In this document: positions 1-9,400 of the stretch, piece after piece
Numbering within the stretch: the stretch's first letter is position 1
Layout of the letters: each line of letters opens with the position of its first letter
Assembly (NCBI GenBank): GCA_963525915.1
Contig: CAURKX010000003.1
Coordinates: forward strand, 29,427 to 93,426
Direction of reading: 5' to 3'
Length of the DNA stretch: 64,000 nucleotides
Source: an uncultured Candidatus Saccharibacteria bacterium
GTDB lineage: Bacteria > Patescibacteriota > Saccharimonadia > Saccharimonadales > Saccharimonadaceae
Translations under genes and position numbers: made by a program
The notes under the pieces: generated by a model
The model's database searches: none
What the model was told of the DNA's origin: nothing
Seen by the model: only the letters and a program-made list of their open reading frames with translations

Positions 1-18
1 TAGTATAGCACAAGCGTT

Positions 19-1617
19 TTAGTTATTGGTACGCTGTGCCGCAATATATTTGTGGACGATTTGAGCACGCGACTGGCCAATCACCGACGCTAGGTCATCT
101 TCTGTGGCGCTAACAATGTTACGGAAGCTGCCAAATTTTTTTAGCAATTTAGCGCGGGTTTTTGGCCCCACACCAGGAATTTCCTCCAGCTGATTTTTCG
201 TTTGTTGCTGGCGTTTGAGCGCCGTATGATAGCTCACGGCAAAGCGGTGCGACTCGTCACGGATGCGCTGGAACAGTTTGACGATGTCGGTTGTTGCGAG
301 AGCATTCTCATCCGTCTTCGAGCACTCTTTATGATTTTGCTCAGTGCTAGCTCGCAAGTTTTTTGAATGCGAGCCGGCATTACGCTGACTTGGGTGTAAA
401 TTCACCACATAAACATCACCGTCTTCGTGAATAGCGATATCTGCCCGTGGCTGCGACCGAATATACTTGATGAACGCCGTATCAATTTGCGAACCAATCT
501 TATGCACTAGCAGTTCTTCCTCGCGCTTGGCGATGCTGACGATTGGCACGGTGACGCCACGCTCATCACGTGCTTTGATGGCTGCTGCTAGCTGACCTTT
601 GCCGCCATCAATGAGCAGTAGATCGGGACGGCCCCAGCTTTTTAGATGACGCTCGCTCAGACGGCGAAAAATTGTCTGATAGATATTGCCGGTGTCATCA
701 TTTTTCTCACTGACTTTGAATTTGCGATACTCCGCCCGGTCGCTCGCGCCATTGGTAAATACCACCATACTGGCGACCACTTGCCGCCCGCTCATGTGCG
801 AAATATCATACCCCTCGATGCGCACTGGAATACCTTTTAGACCCAACAATTTTGCCAAATCAGCCAGCGCCTTGTCTTTAGAAATATCCAAAAACTCTTT
901 GTCGCCAAAACAAACCCGCCGTTGTAGTTCCTGCATGGCGCGCAGCTTATTGCGAAGATCAGCCGCCCGCTCAAAATCATGCAGCCTAGCTGCCGTTTTC
1001 ATGTCGCGCTCCAGCTCGGCGGCGATAGCTTTACGATTACCCTTTATGTAGCTGATGAGTTTGCGTAGATTAGCTTTGTAGACAGCTGACCCATCGCTTA
1101 GTCGTGGACTCAAACCTAAATCTTCATCCAACTTCGACTGCCCTGGTCGCCGCTGTCTGGTCAAATAGGGGAACACTCGCCGCAGATAGCGTAAAGCTTT
1201 TTTCAAAGCAAAGCCATTATAAAACGGGCCAATGTATTCTGCGCCGTCATCAGCTGGATTGCGCGTAAAGCTGACGGTCGGCCACTCACTTTTCATGTCG
1301 ATTCGCACATACATCTGCGATTTATCATCGCGTAGCAGCACGTTGTATCGCGGCATATAGCGCTTGACCATCTCGCTTTCCAGAAACAAGGCATCAACTT
1401 CGCTTTCAGTCTCAATCCAATCCGTATCAGCGATTTCCTCCACCAACGCCATGGTTTTATTGTCCCGCCCACGCGAATCTTGAAAATACTGACGCACGCG
1501 GTTTTTCAGCACCGCCGCCTTGCCCACATAAATAATCTCACCGCCGGCTGACTTATGAAAATAAACGCCCGGGGTACGTGGTAGAGTTTTGAGCTTGGCT
1601 TTCAATGATTGATTCAC
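19..1617 (-). CDS. uvrC: Excinuclease ABC subunit C
   Basis: N-terminal GIY-YIG (PGVYF...IIYVGKA..LKNRVRQYF), UVR domain, RNase H-like domain (IEGYDISH, LIDGGKGQL, RIRDESHRFA), C-terminal HhH (IPGVGPKT). Confidence 0.97.
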   Translation of the reverse strand: MNQSLKAKLKTLPRTPGVYFHKSAGGEIIYVGKAAVLKNRVRQYFQDSRGRDNKTMALVEEIADTDWIETESEVDALFLESEMVKRYMPRYNVLLRDDKSQMYVRIDMKSEWPTVSFTRNPADDGAEYIGPFYNGFALKKALRYLRRVFPYLTRQRRPGQSKLDEDLGLSPRLSDGSAVYKANLRKLISYIKGNRKAIAAELERDMKTAARLHDFERAADLRNKLRAMQELQRRVCFGDKEFLDISKDKALADLAKLLGLKGIPVRIEGYDISHMSGRQVVASMVVFTNGASDRAEYRKFKVSEKNDDTGNIYQTIFRRLSERHLKSWGRPDLLLIDGGKGQLAAAIKARDERGVTVPIVSIAKREEELLVHKIGSQIDTAFIKYIRSQPRADIAIHEDGDVYVVNLHPSQRNAGSHSKNLRASTEQNHKECSKTDENALATTDIVKLFQRIRDESHRFAVSYHTALKRQQQTKNQLEEIPGVGPKTRAKLLKKFGSFRNIVSATEDDLASVIGQSRAQIVHKYIAAQRTNN

Positions 1618-1632
1618 TAGATATATTACAGT

Positions 1633-2255
1633 CTAAAAATCATATTTATGCAAGTATTCTTCCAGAAACTCGCTCCACTCCGGCACATTCTTCTCGCGGA
1701 AATAATGGCGTAAGAAATCAACCATAATTTGCTGGCGGTTTTCTGCTTCTGCTCGTCCTGGTAGCGTCAGCATCAAGCCTTTTAGTTTCAGCAGCTTTTC
1801 AAAGAAATAATTGATGAAGCCGTCGGTATCATGTGTATTGCCGTCAGCATTATACTCATGCGCTGCCAGATTAACATTTGGCCAAACCGCGGGATCAAAA
1901 ATCCGCCCACCATGATGGCAAGCATAAACCAGCGCCCGCTCAATCCCAACTACACCAATAGCGTCACACATGTCGGTGTCAGACACAATTTGACCCGCCA
2001 GCCGCTACGGTTGCCTGCCGTTCAGCCGTTTACTATAACCAATCGCTGCAATGTTTTCCAGCACCGCCTGGCTTAGTCTGTCAAACACTTTTGCCTGCGT
2101 CATGATATTTACTGCGTTCGTTAATTCCTCTGCCTGCGCCTTGCCGACCAATTTGTAATCATCAACGTCGTGCAGCCAAGCCGTCAACAGCACTTCTTGC
2201 AAATCCACTGGCTCGCTGCACTCGCTAGCAAAACGCTCTGCCAGCAGCGCCAGAA
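1633..2255 (-). pseudogene. HD-domain phosphohydrolase, 5'-truncated and interrupted by an in-frame TAG at 2005-2007
   Basis: ORFs 2005..2301 (WLHDVDDYKL) and 1633..1986 (SDTDMCDAIG, FFEKLLKLK) are in the same frame, separated only by TAG (CAA CCG TAG CGG CTG GCG GGT CAA ATT GTG TCT GAC); the 5' end runs into flavodoxin sequence. Confidence 0.8.
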
Positions 2256-2616
2256 CCGGCGTGGGTATTGAACGGAATGATTGTTTTGCCGACAAAGTCA
2301 TACTTTTCTAAAAAAGTATTGATGATCATCGGCGGCTCGCCCCACCAAATCGGATAGCCCAAGAAAATAGTATCATGAGCAGACAAATCTACCTTGCCCT
2401 GGAATGCTGGCCGCGCGTTTTCGGCTTTTTCACGCTTGGCAACTTCAGTACATTCTTGATAATTATCCGGATACGGATTCACCGGCTCCAGCTTGAAAAC
2501 GTCGATTTTATCGCCGAAATAATCCTTGATATAACCAGCAATTACCTCCGTATTGCCAACTTCAGTGTCATCAACACCGTAATTTTCGCCCGCCCGCGAG
2601 AAAATGTTAGTAGCAT
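2225..2616 (-). pseudogene. Flavodoxin-like protein, frameshifted near the start and 3'-truncated
   Basis: SD AAGGAGG + ATG at 2616 (MLLTFSR), then a frameshift into AGENYGVDDTEVGNTEVIA...PYPDNY...IFLGYPIWWG...KTIIPFNTHAGSG; homology stops after GSG. Confidence 0.8.
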
Positions 2617-2667
2617 ATTATACCTCCTTACGTAACCATTATAGCACTACGTAGTGTGCGGCACGAA

Positions 2668-3015
2668 TCACCGCTCTAACCACTGCTGCAGCACTACCGC
2701 CTGATTATGCTCGATATCTTTAGCACTGTATAACAGCGTAACAACTGGATGTTTTTGCCATTGTTGTTTAAGAGTGGCGGCTACAGAACTAGCATCCAGC
2801 TCTTTGGTATAACGCGACATAAACCCTACAAATTTTTCCGGATCATGACCGAACCATTGGCGCAACTCGTTAGTCGGTGCGATATCTTTTGCCCATTCGT
2901 CTAGCGCTGCTCGTTCTTTACTGATACCGCGCGGCCATAATCGGTCAGCTAGCACGCGGTAGCCATCGTCCGATTCTGGCGATTCGTAAATTCGTTTAAT
3001 TTTATAAACTGTCAT
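2668..3015 (-). CDS. DUF488 (YeaO-like) family protein
   Basis: KIKRIYE..DDGYRVLADRLWPRGISKE...WAKDIAPTNELRQWFGHDP signature. Confidence 0.9.
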   Translation of the reverse strand: MTVYKIKRIYESPESDDGYRVLADRLWPRGISKERAALDEWAKDIAPTNELRQWFGHDPEKFVGFMSRYTKELDASSVAATLKQQWQKHPVVTLLYSAKDIEHNQAVVLQQWLER

Positions 3016-3593
3016 GACAGCACCTCCTTAACTATCGTTTGTAGAACTGGAATAACGTCCGATTCAAACCATGGGTTGCGTTTGCGCCAGCCAATATTGA
3101 GCGGTGATGGATGAACCAATGGAAAATAATCTGGCAAATACATATTAAAGTCCGCCACAGTTACTGTCAAATTATGCCTGGCGCAGCGATCAAGATAATA
3201 TTTTTGCGCATACGAACCAACCAAAATTGTCAATCGCACATTCGGCATCTGCGTCAATAAGCACGGGTGCCATTTCCTAGCAAAGTCCAAGCGCGGCGGC
3301 AAATCACCGTGCGCTCCCCTGCCTGGATAATAAAAATCTATCGGCATCAACGCAAAGAGTTCAGGATTGTAAAACTGCTCGTCCGTTACGTTCAGCCATC
3401 GCCGAAGCAAGCGACCACTCGCATCATTCCACGGCTTTAGCGTCTGCTGGGCAATTCGGCCTGGCGCCTGCCCGACCAGTACAATTCGCGAACTTGACGA
3501 AGCAGAATACACAGGCAACCAACCTCTATTAGCAAAATCATCATTCATCGGATCGGCTGCAATCTGATCATATAAAAGCGGTTTAGCCTGCAA
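3012..3593 (-). CDS. Uracil-DNA glycosylase superfamily protein
   Basis: IVLVGQAPG, WNDASGRLLRRWL, FYYPGRG, LVHPSPLN motifs. Confidence 0.9.
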   Translation of the reverse strand: MQAKPLLYDQIAADPMNDDFANRGWLPVYSASSSSRIVLVGQAPGRIAQQTLKPWNDASGRLLRRWLNVTDEQFYNPELFALMPIDFYYPGRGAHGDLPPRLDFARKWHPCLLTQMPNVRLTILVGSYAQKYYLDRCARHNLTVTVADFNMYLPDYFPLVHPSPLNIGWRKRNPWFESDVIPVLQTIVKEVLS

Positions 3594-3628
3594 TGTAATA
3601 TACTTTCGTTTGTAATCCGAGTTAATAA

Positions 3629-4024
3629 CTATTCTGTCGTCACACCATCAAAATCTTCTTCGTTGACTTCCGCTTCTTCGCGTGTCGCCCGAACAATGCC
3701 ATCTTTGTGATGTGCTGGACTATAAATCGTGTAGAGCTTAAGTGGCTCTTCGCCAATATTTATCACATTGTGCTCAGCACCTGCTGGCACGATAATAGCA
3801 CTGCCGTCAGATACAGCATACTCATTGCCATCAATCAAAACCTTACCCTGACCTGCTTCAAATCGGAAGAATTGATCATTCTCCTCATGAACCTCTGAGC
3901 CAATTTCACCGCCAACTGGCAGACTCATCAATACCAATTGACAGTGCTTCGCCGTATAAAGCACCTGACGAAAATTATTATTCTGCACCGTCAATTCTTC
4001 AATATTTCCATTAAAACCCTTCAT
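3629..4024 (-). CDS. Cupin domain protein
   Basis: EIGSEVHEENDQFFRFEAG...VPAGAEHNVIN cupin metal motifs; SD AAGGAGG. Confidence 0.9.
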   Translation of the reverse strand: MKGFNGNIEELTVQNNNFRQVLYTAKHCQLVLMSLPVGGEIGSEVHEENDQFFRFEAGQGKVLIDGNEYAVSDGSAIIVPAGAEHNVINIGEEPLKLYTIYSPAHHKDGIVRATREEAEVNEEDFDGVTTE

Positions 4025-4049
4025 AAAAATCCTCCTTTTAACTTAATTT

Positions 4050-4379
4050 CTACTTTGCAGCTTTCTCTAAAGCATCGATCAGCGTTTGCTTCGGTTTCAT
4101 GCCAATCAGCTCCTCAACAATTTCACCGCCAACAAAAACCTTCATATTCGGAATACCTTGAACACGATAGTCCATAGCCAACTGCGCGTTCTCTTGGCTG
4201 GCTTCAGTGTCAACCTTGACGACATCAAACTCGGTTTCTTCAGCAATTTGATGTAAAATTGGCGCCATCGCTCGACACGGCGGACACCACGGCGCCCAAA
4301 AATCAACCAACACAGGTTTGCTGTTTTTCAATACCTTTTCTTCAAATTCTTGTTTTGTTGTAATCTCATATAACGCCAT
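4050..4379 (-). CDS. trxA: Thioredoxin
   Basis: VLVDFWAPWCPPC active site, 109 aa. Confidence 0.93.
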   Translation of the reverse strand: MALYEITTKQEFEEKVLKNSKPVLVDFWAPWCPPCRAMAPILHQIAEETEFDVVKVDTEASQENAQLAMDYRVQGIPNMKVFVGGEIVEELIGMKPKQTLIDALEKAAK

Positions 4380-4451
4380 TATTTTCTCCTTTGTTCATCA
4401 TATATTATACATCAGTCCCGTAGCATCAAACAACGAAACTACCACATATTC

Positions 4452-4481
4452 TTGACTCATGGCGTAACTATATCATATACT
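4452..4481 (+). promoter_or_regulatory. Putative sigma70 promoter of the ABC exporter
   Basis: TTGACT (4452-4457), 18 nt, TATACT (4476-4481). Confidence 0.5.
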
Positions 4482-4598
4482 TACCTAACATGTATGAACT
4501 TACTGGAGAAGGTGAGTTCCTCTAAAACCTCACGTTCGCAATACTCAACTTCAAAGCGAACCACTGAACACCGAAACATAACCAAAGGAGTATTTAAT

Positions 4599-6368
4599 TT
4601 GAAAAATATATCAAACAAGGAAATTTTAGGTCTGTTCTGGCGCATATCACGCCCCTATAAACATCGGCGAAATTTGACCATCTTTTTTGCAATCATCACC
4701 CTGGCTATAACAATTTTTATCGGCCCACTGATTATTGCTGAATTGCTTAACATCATCCAAAACGGGCAACTAGACAATGCAGAAAAACTATGGAAATTAG
4801 TCGCGCTCTACGGCATAAGCGAATTATGGTCAAATGTTATCGGCTGGCGCTTAGTCCTGTACCTCGCATGGACATTTGAAACTGCCCTACAACGTGATCT
4901 ATACGCACGGTGTTTTAGCAAACTAACCAACCAAACAATGTTTTTCCATGCCAATAAATTTGGCGGTTCACTTGTCAGCCAAACCAATAAATTAAACGGC
5001 GCAGTTGAACGTTTTTGGGACACGATCATTTGGTCAATTTTACCGCTAGTGATTTCCCTGGTTGGTTCCATCATCATCTTATCAACTCTACTGTGGCAAT
5101 ACGCCGTATTTCTCCTACTCTTCTCAATCATATTTAGCATTGTTGTCTACTTTGGCTCTCGACCGATGGCCAAACTGAACGAGAAAGAAGCCAAAGCCAG
5201 CAACAAAGTAAGCGGACAATTAGCCGATGCTGTTTCAAACATTTTGGCAGTAAAATCATCTGGTGCCGAGGCGCTGGAACAGCAACGCTTTGCAAAGACC
5301 GTTACATCATGGCGCGGCGCCAGCCTGGGTACCATGCGCGGGCTCCTAAAAGTCAGTACTGTGTATTCAACCATCAATATAACGATAAAAATTGGCGCTA
5401 TCGCCTTTGCGATATACGCCGCCCAACATAATATCGTATCAGTGGCAGCGGTTTATCTCATCATCACCTACACTGGTAGTGTGGCGCATGAATTATGGAA
5501 TATGAACAGTATCATGCGTAGTTACAACCGCATCCTTGGCGACGCTCACGATATGGTGGAAATTCTGACCACGCCGACAACACTGGTCGATCAAAGTGAC
5601 GCAAAGCTTGCTGTTAGGCGCGGCAGTATCACCATGGATAATGTAACCTTCACTCATGATGAGGGCGCGGGTGACACACTGTTTCATGATTTTTCTCTTC
5701 GCATTCAGCCAGGTGAAAAAATTGGTTTGGTTGGATCGAGTGGATCTGGCAAAACTACCCTCACCAAATTATTGCTACGATTTGCCGACATTGACTCAGG
5801 AGAGATTGCTATTGACGCACAAAATATTGCCGAAGTTACTCAGGCAAGCCTGCGCGAGCAAATCGCCTACGTGCCGCAAGAGCCGCTACTGTTTCACCGT
5901 TCGGTGCGTGAGAATATCGCTTACGGCCGACCTGACGCGACTGATGCTGAAATTGAACATGCTGCTAAGAAAGCTGGTGCCTATGATTTCATCATCAAAT
6001 TACACGATGGCTTTGACACCATGGTCGGTGAGCGCGGCGTGAAACTATCAGGCGGACAACGACAGCGCATCGCCATCGCCCGAGCCATTTTGAAAGATGC
6101 ACCAATCCTGATTCTTGATGAAGCAACCTCAGCCTTGGACTCAGAATCAGAAGCGCTAATCCAGCAGTCGCTGGAGACATTGATGAAAGACCGAACCTCG
6201 ATCGTCATCGCTCACCGCTTGTCGACCATCGCCAAACTGGATCGCATCATTGTTCTAGAAAATGGACGCATCATCGAAGACGGTTCACACGAGCAGTTGC
6301 TTGCCAAAAAACGTGGCGTTTATGCCAAACTGTGGGCACGACAGTCCGGCGGATTTATCGAAGATTAA
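4599..6368 (+). CDS. ABC exporter, fused permease/ATP-binding (MsbA/MdlB-like); likely start TTG 4599, alternative ATG 4494
   Basis: Multiple TM helices, Walker A GSSGSGKT, LSGGQRQR signature, ILDEATSALD; SD AAGGAG before the TTG. Confidence 0.93.
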   Translation: MKNISNKEILGLFWRISRPYKHRRNLTIFFAIITLAITIFIGPLIIAELLNIIQNGQLDNAEKLWKLVALYGISELWSNVIGWRLVLYLAWTFETALQRDLYARCFSKLTNQTMFFHANKFGGSLVSQTNKLNGAVERFWDTIIWSILPLVISLVGSIIILSTLLWQYAVFLLLFSIIFSIVVYFGSRPMAKLNEKEAKASNKVSGQLADAVSNILAVKSSGAEALEQQRFAKTVTSWRGASLGTMRGLLKVSTVYSTINITIKIGAIAFAIYAAQHNIVSVAAVYLIITYTGSVAHELWNMNSIMRSYNRILGDAHDMVEILTTPTTLVDQSDAKLAVRRGSITMDNVTFTHDEGAGDTLFHDFSLRIQPGEKIGLVGSSGSGKTTLTKLLLRFADIDSGEIAIDAQNIAEVTQASLREQIAYVPQEPLLFHRSVRENIAYGRPDATDAEIEHAAKKAGAYDFIIKLHDGFDTMVGERGVKLSGGQRQRIAIARAILKDAPILILDEATSALDSESEALIQQSLETLMKDRTSIVIAHRLSTIAKLDRIIVLENGRIIEDGSHEQLLAKKRGVYAKLWARQSGGFIED

Positions 6369-6373
6369 CATAA

Positions 6374-6400
6374 AAAGCGGCTACATGAGATAGCCGCTTT
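6374..6400. terminator. Bidirectional intrinsic terminator between convergent genes
   Basis: AAAGCGGCTA-catgaga-TAGCCGCTTT inverted repeat. Confidence 0.75.
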
Positions 6401-6423
6401 ATTATTGAGCTGTGACAGCTGGT

Positions 6424-9400
6424 TTAGCGTCGGCGTTTGATGATTATCCAGGCGCCAGTAGCAACGACCGCGATGGAACCGAGAGCGATTACGATGGCGT
6501 TACTACCCGTGTCAGCTAGTGCATTTGATGCTTTCTTCGCAATCTTAGCAACTGGGTTGTTGCCGCCACTATTGGCATTTTGGTTACCATTCTGAGTAGC
6601 GTCCTCTTCTTCGTAAATACCAACTGGGTCGATGATAGTGCCGTTTGCTATACCGTCACCGTCACCAAAGCCGCCGTCAGTCAAATCATAAGCAATAGTG
6701 GTGTATTTGCCATCTGGCGTATTACCAAAGGTAACTCGGCTGGTGATGTCTTGATATACTCGACCATTCATTATCTTACCAATTGTCAGACGGTTCGTGT
6801 TAGCATAGCGACGACTTAATGTTAAGGTCACGCGAGCCGTGAAGCCAACCGCAGGAGCTTGATTGTTACAGTTAATGGTGAAATCCACTCCTTCGCGAAG
6901 CACACGGTTATTATAGCGATCCGGCGTTGAAGCTGTCTGTGCTGTCGCCAAGTTGTAACAAGAGTTTCCAGATGTCTCTACTGTCAAAGAACGGTGATGC
7001 GGCTGGGCAATAGTCATCTTGTTCCGTGGATCCTGAGGCCCTGGGATGACAATTGCATTCAACCGATTTTCCAGTGCAGTTCTCTTAGCGGTATCCTGTA
7101 CGTTTGCCACCAAAGCTCTTGCGGCATTCACTGCAGCTTGAGTTTTGTTACTTTCAGCCTGAGCAACTGCTTGTTCAGCGGCTGTCTGGGCGTCGGCTTC
7201 TTTCTTCTTGGCGTTAGTTACTGCCGTGTTGAGGTCGCTGGCTGCTTTCTGGATGGCAGTAGCAGTTGGGTTTGGTTGCTTCTCTACTTCTTTGGCTTTG
7301 GCAAGAGCTTGCTTGACGGTAGCGTCATTGGTAATGTAGGCCGGTTCTTTCTCGGCGTTGGCGATGGCGGTGCGGAGGGCAGATAGGTCAGGACGAAGGG
7401 CGTCAAGTTTTGCTTGCAGAGCTGCTTTGGCAGCGTTGAGTTCGGCAACAGAAGCACCGGCGTTGGCGGCGACTTGCTCTGCTTGGGTAGCTTGTGCAGC
7501 CACGGCGTCCTTGGTTTCTTGGGACATGCCGGCAGTGGTTGCTGGGTCTTTGGCCTTGGTTATCAGGGCGGAGAGAGCGTTGCGAGCAGCGGTGACGTTA
7601 GCGGTTACCTGGTTGAGGCGATCCTGGAAGGCTTGCTTCTTAGCTGGGTCTTGGACGGCAGCTACCTTGGCGTTGGCGCTGGTAACGTCGTCTGGATCCT
7701 GGTTGTGTTCAGCCTGAGCAACTGCTTGTTCAGCGGCTGTCTGGGCGTCGGCTTCTTTCTTCTTGGCGTTAGTTACTGCCGTGTTGAGGTCGCTGGCTGC
7801 TTTCTGGATGGCAGTAGCAGTTGGGTTTGGTTGCTTCTCTACTTCTTTGGCTTTGGCAAGAGCTTGCTTGACGGTAGCGTCATTGGTAATGTAGGCCGGT
7901 TCTTTCTCGGCGTTGGCGATGGCGGTGCGGAGGGCAGATAGGTCAGGTTTTGGCAACGTTGCAGTTACGTGCAATGTTCCGGAGAAAGCAAACGGCTTAC
8001 CATTAACAGTTATCTGTTTATTCCAGTTGGCCTGCAGTGCGTGTGGTTGACCATCATATACTGGTGCCGCCACTTTTAATTTACCAGCTGCTTCATTAAC
8101 CAAAGTAGCTGTATTTTCAATAGTAACTGGTGCGCCAGACGCATCCTTTAACGGTGAGTTAAATACCTCAGACTCAGTAGTCATACTACCCTGCTGGTTT
8201 TCTAGCTTCAAAGAAGTAAGGTGGTTCAAACCCGCGAGAGGCTGTGCATTCATGACCGTACTGTAGTCTAACCGCAGTTCAGTAAGTTGAGTCATTCGTC
8301 CAATTGCAGTAATCTCATCCTCGCTCAATTGTCCCCCAGTCAAGCGCAAAGAGGTCAGAGCCGGTGCACCAACAAGAGATTGAACATTGACAACTTTAGT
8401 CTTTCGGCCATAGTCATAGAAAGAGATTTTCTTTAGCGAGTTTTTACTACCTGCAAATGTTGATAGGTCTAACGTCTGATTGGTACCGCTCATCGAGATT
8501 TGCTCGAGCTTGTTCAGAGATGACAAAGGACTATAGTTCGCAACAACATTTTCCGACAAGTTCACACTACGCAGCTCAGACAAGCCAGCCAATGGCTGAA
8601 TATCAGCAACCTTATTGCCTGACAGCTGCAATGCGCGCAGCTTAGTGAGACCAGCGAGCGGCTGCAAATTAGTAATTGCGTGATTACCCAGTGATAGTTC
8701 AGTTACATTTTTAGCGTACTCCAGACCAGTCAAATCCTTAATTCTCTGGTCTTCTGTAATATTACCGGTATTATCAACATACATGCGATCAATGGTTAGC
8801 ATTTCTTGAGCAGTAATCGCTTGAGTATCGCTGCGGGCTTTTCCTGATATTTCAGCTAACCTCTTGTTCAACAACTGGCGCAACCTGGCATCAGGGATAT
8901 TAACACCCTGCGCTGCCGGAGGTTGTGGAGGTGTCGGAGAATTGGTTGAGTCCATGTAGGCATTTACTAAAGCACCTCGGTTTACTGCCACGCCAGGTTT
9001 CACGTACTGACCGCTCGGGTCAATTGCCGATGCAACCTCAGCTGACAGTGGCTTACCTGAGCTAATCGCTGGACTGCCTGGCTTCAAGTTGTAGTTACTC
9101 TTGCGATAGTCAGTGTTCTGTTCAGCTTCTTTGATGAAGTATGGGTTATTGGCACGTGTACCAAACAGATCAAGAGAATGTGCGTCACGACCATCAATTG
9201 ACGACCGAACGCGACTGTCCTTGGCGATGTCTTTCACGTTGGCAAACAGAATATCAAGACGATTCGGCACATCCGCTAAGTCCCAGGTCATAATCGTGCC
9301 TTCATTTTGCAAACTGCTGCGGTAGTAGGCGTTGTAGTCAAAGCCTTTGAACATGTCATTGGTATAGGTGCCAGGACCAGTATGGTTCGGCCCACCAGTA

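Noticed and set aside
2005..2007. In-frame TAG as programmed readthrough or recoding
   Set aside because: TAG ends intact genes elsewhere in the window (alaS, rsmA, pcrA), and this gene has other lesions; a nonsense mutation is simpler.
4500..4565. Fluoride riboswitch
   Set aside because: Only a superficial GGAGAAGG..GTTC resemblance; the 3' GCUrAUGAC..CUAC element is absent.
6994..7941. Plus-strand ORFs 6994-7386 and 7414-7941 that share identical sequence
   Set aside because: They are antisense shadows of the 240-bp duplication within the surface-protein gene.
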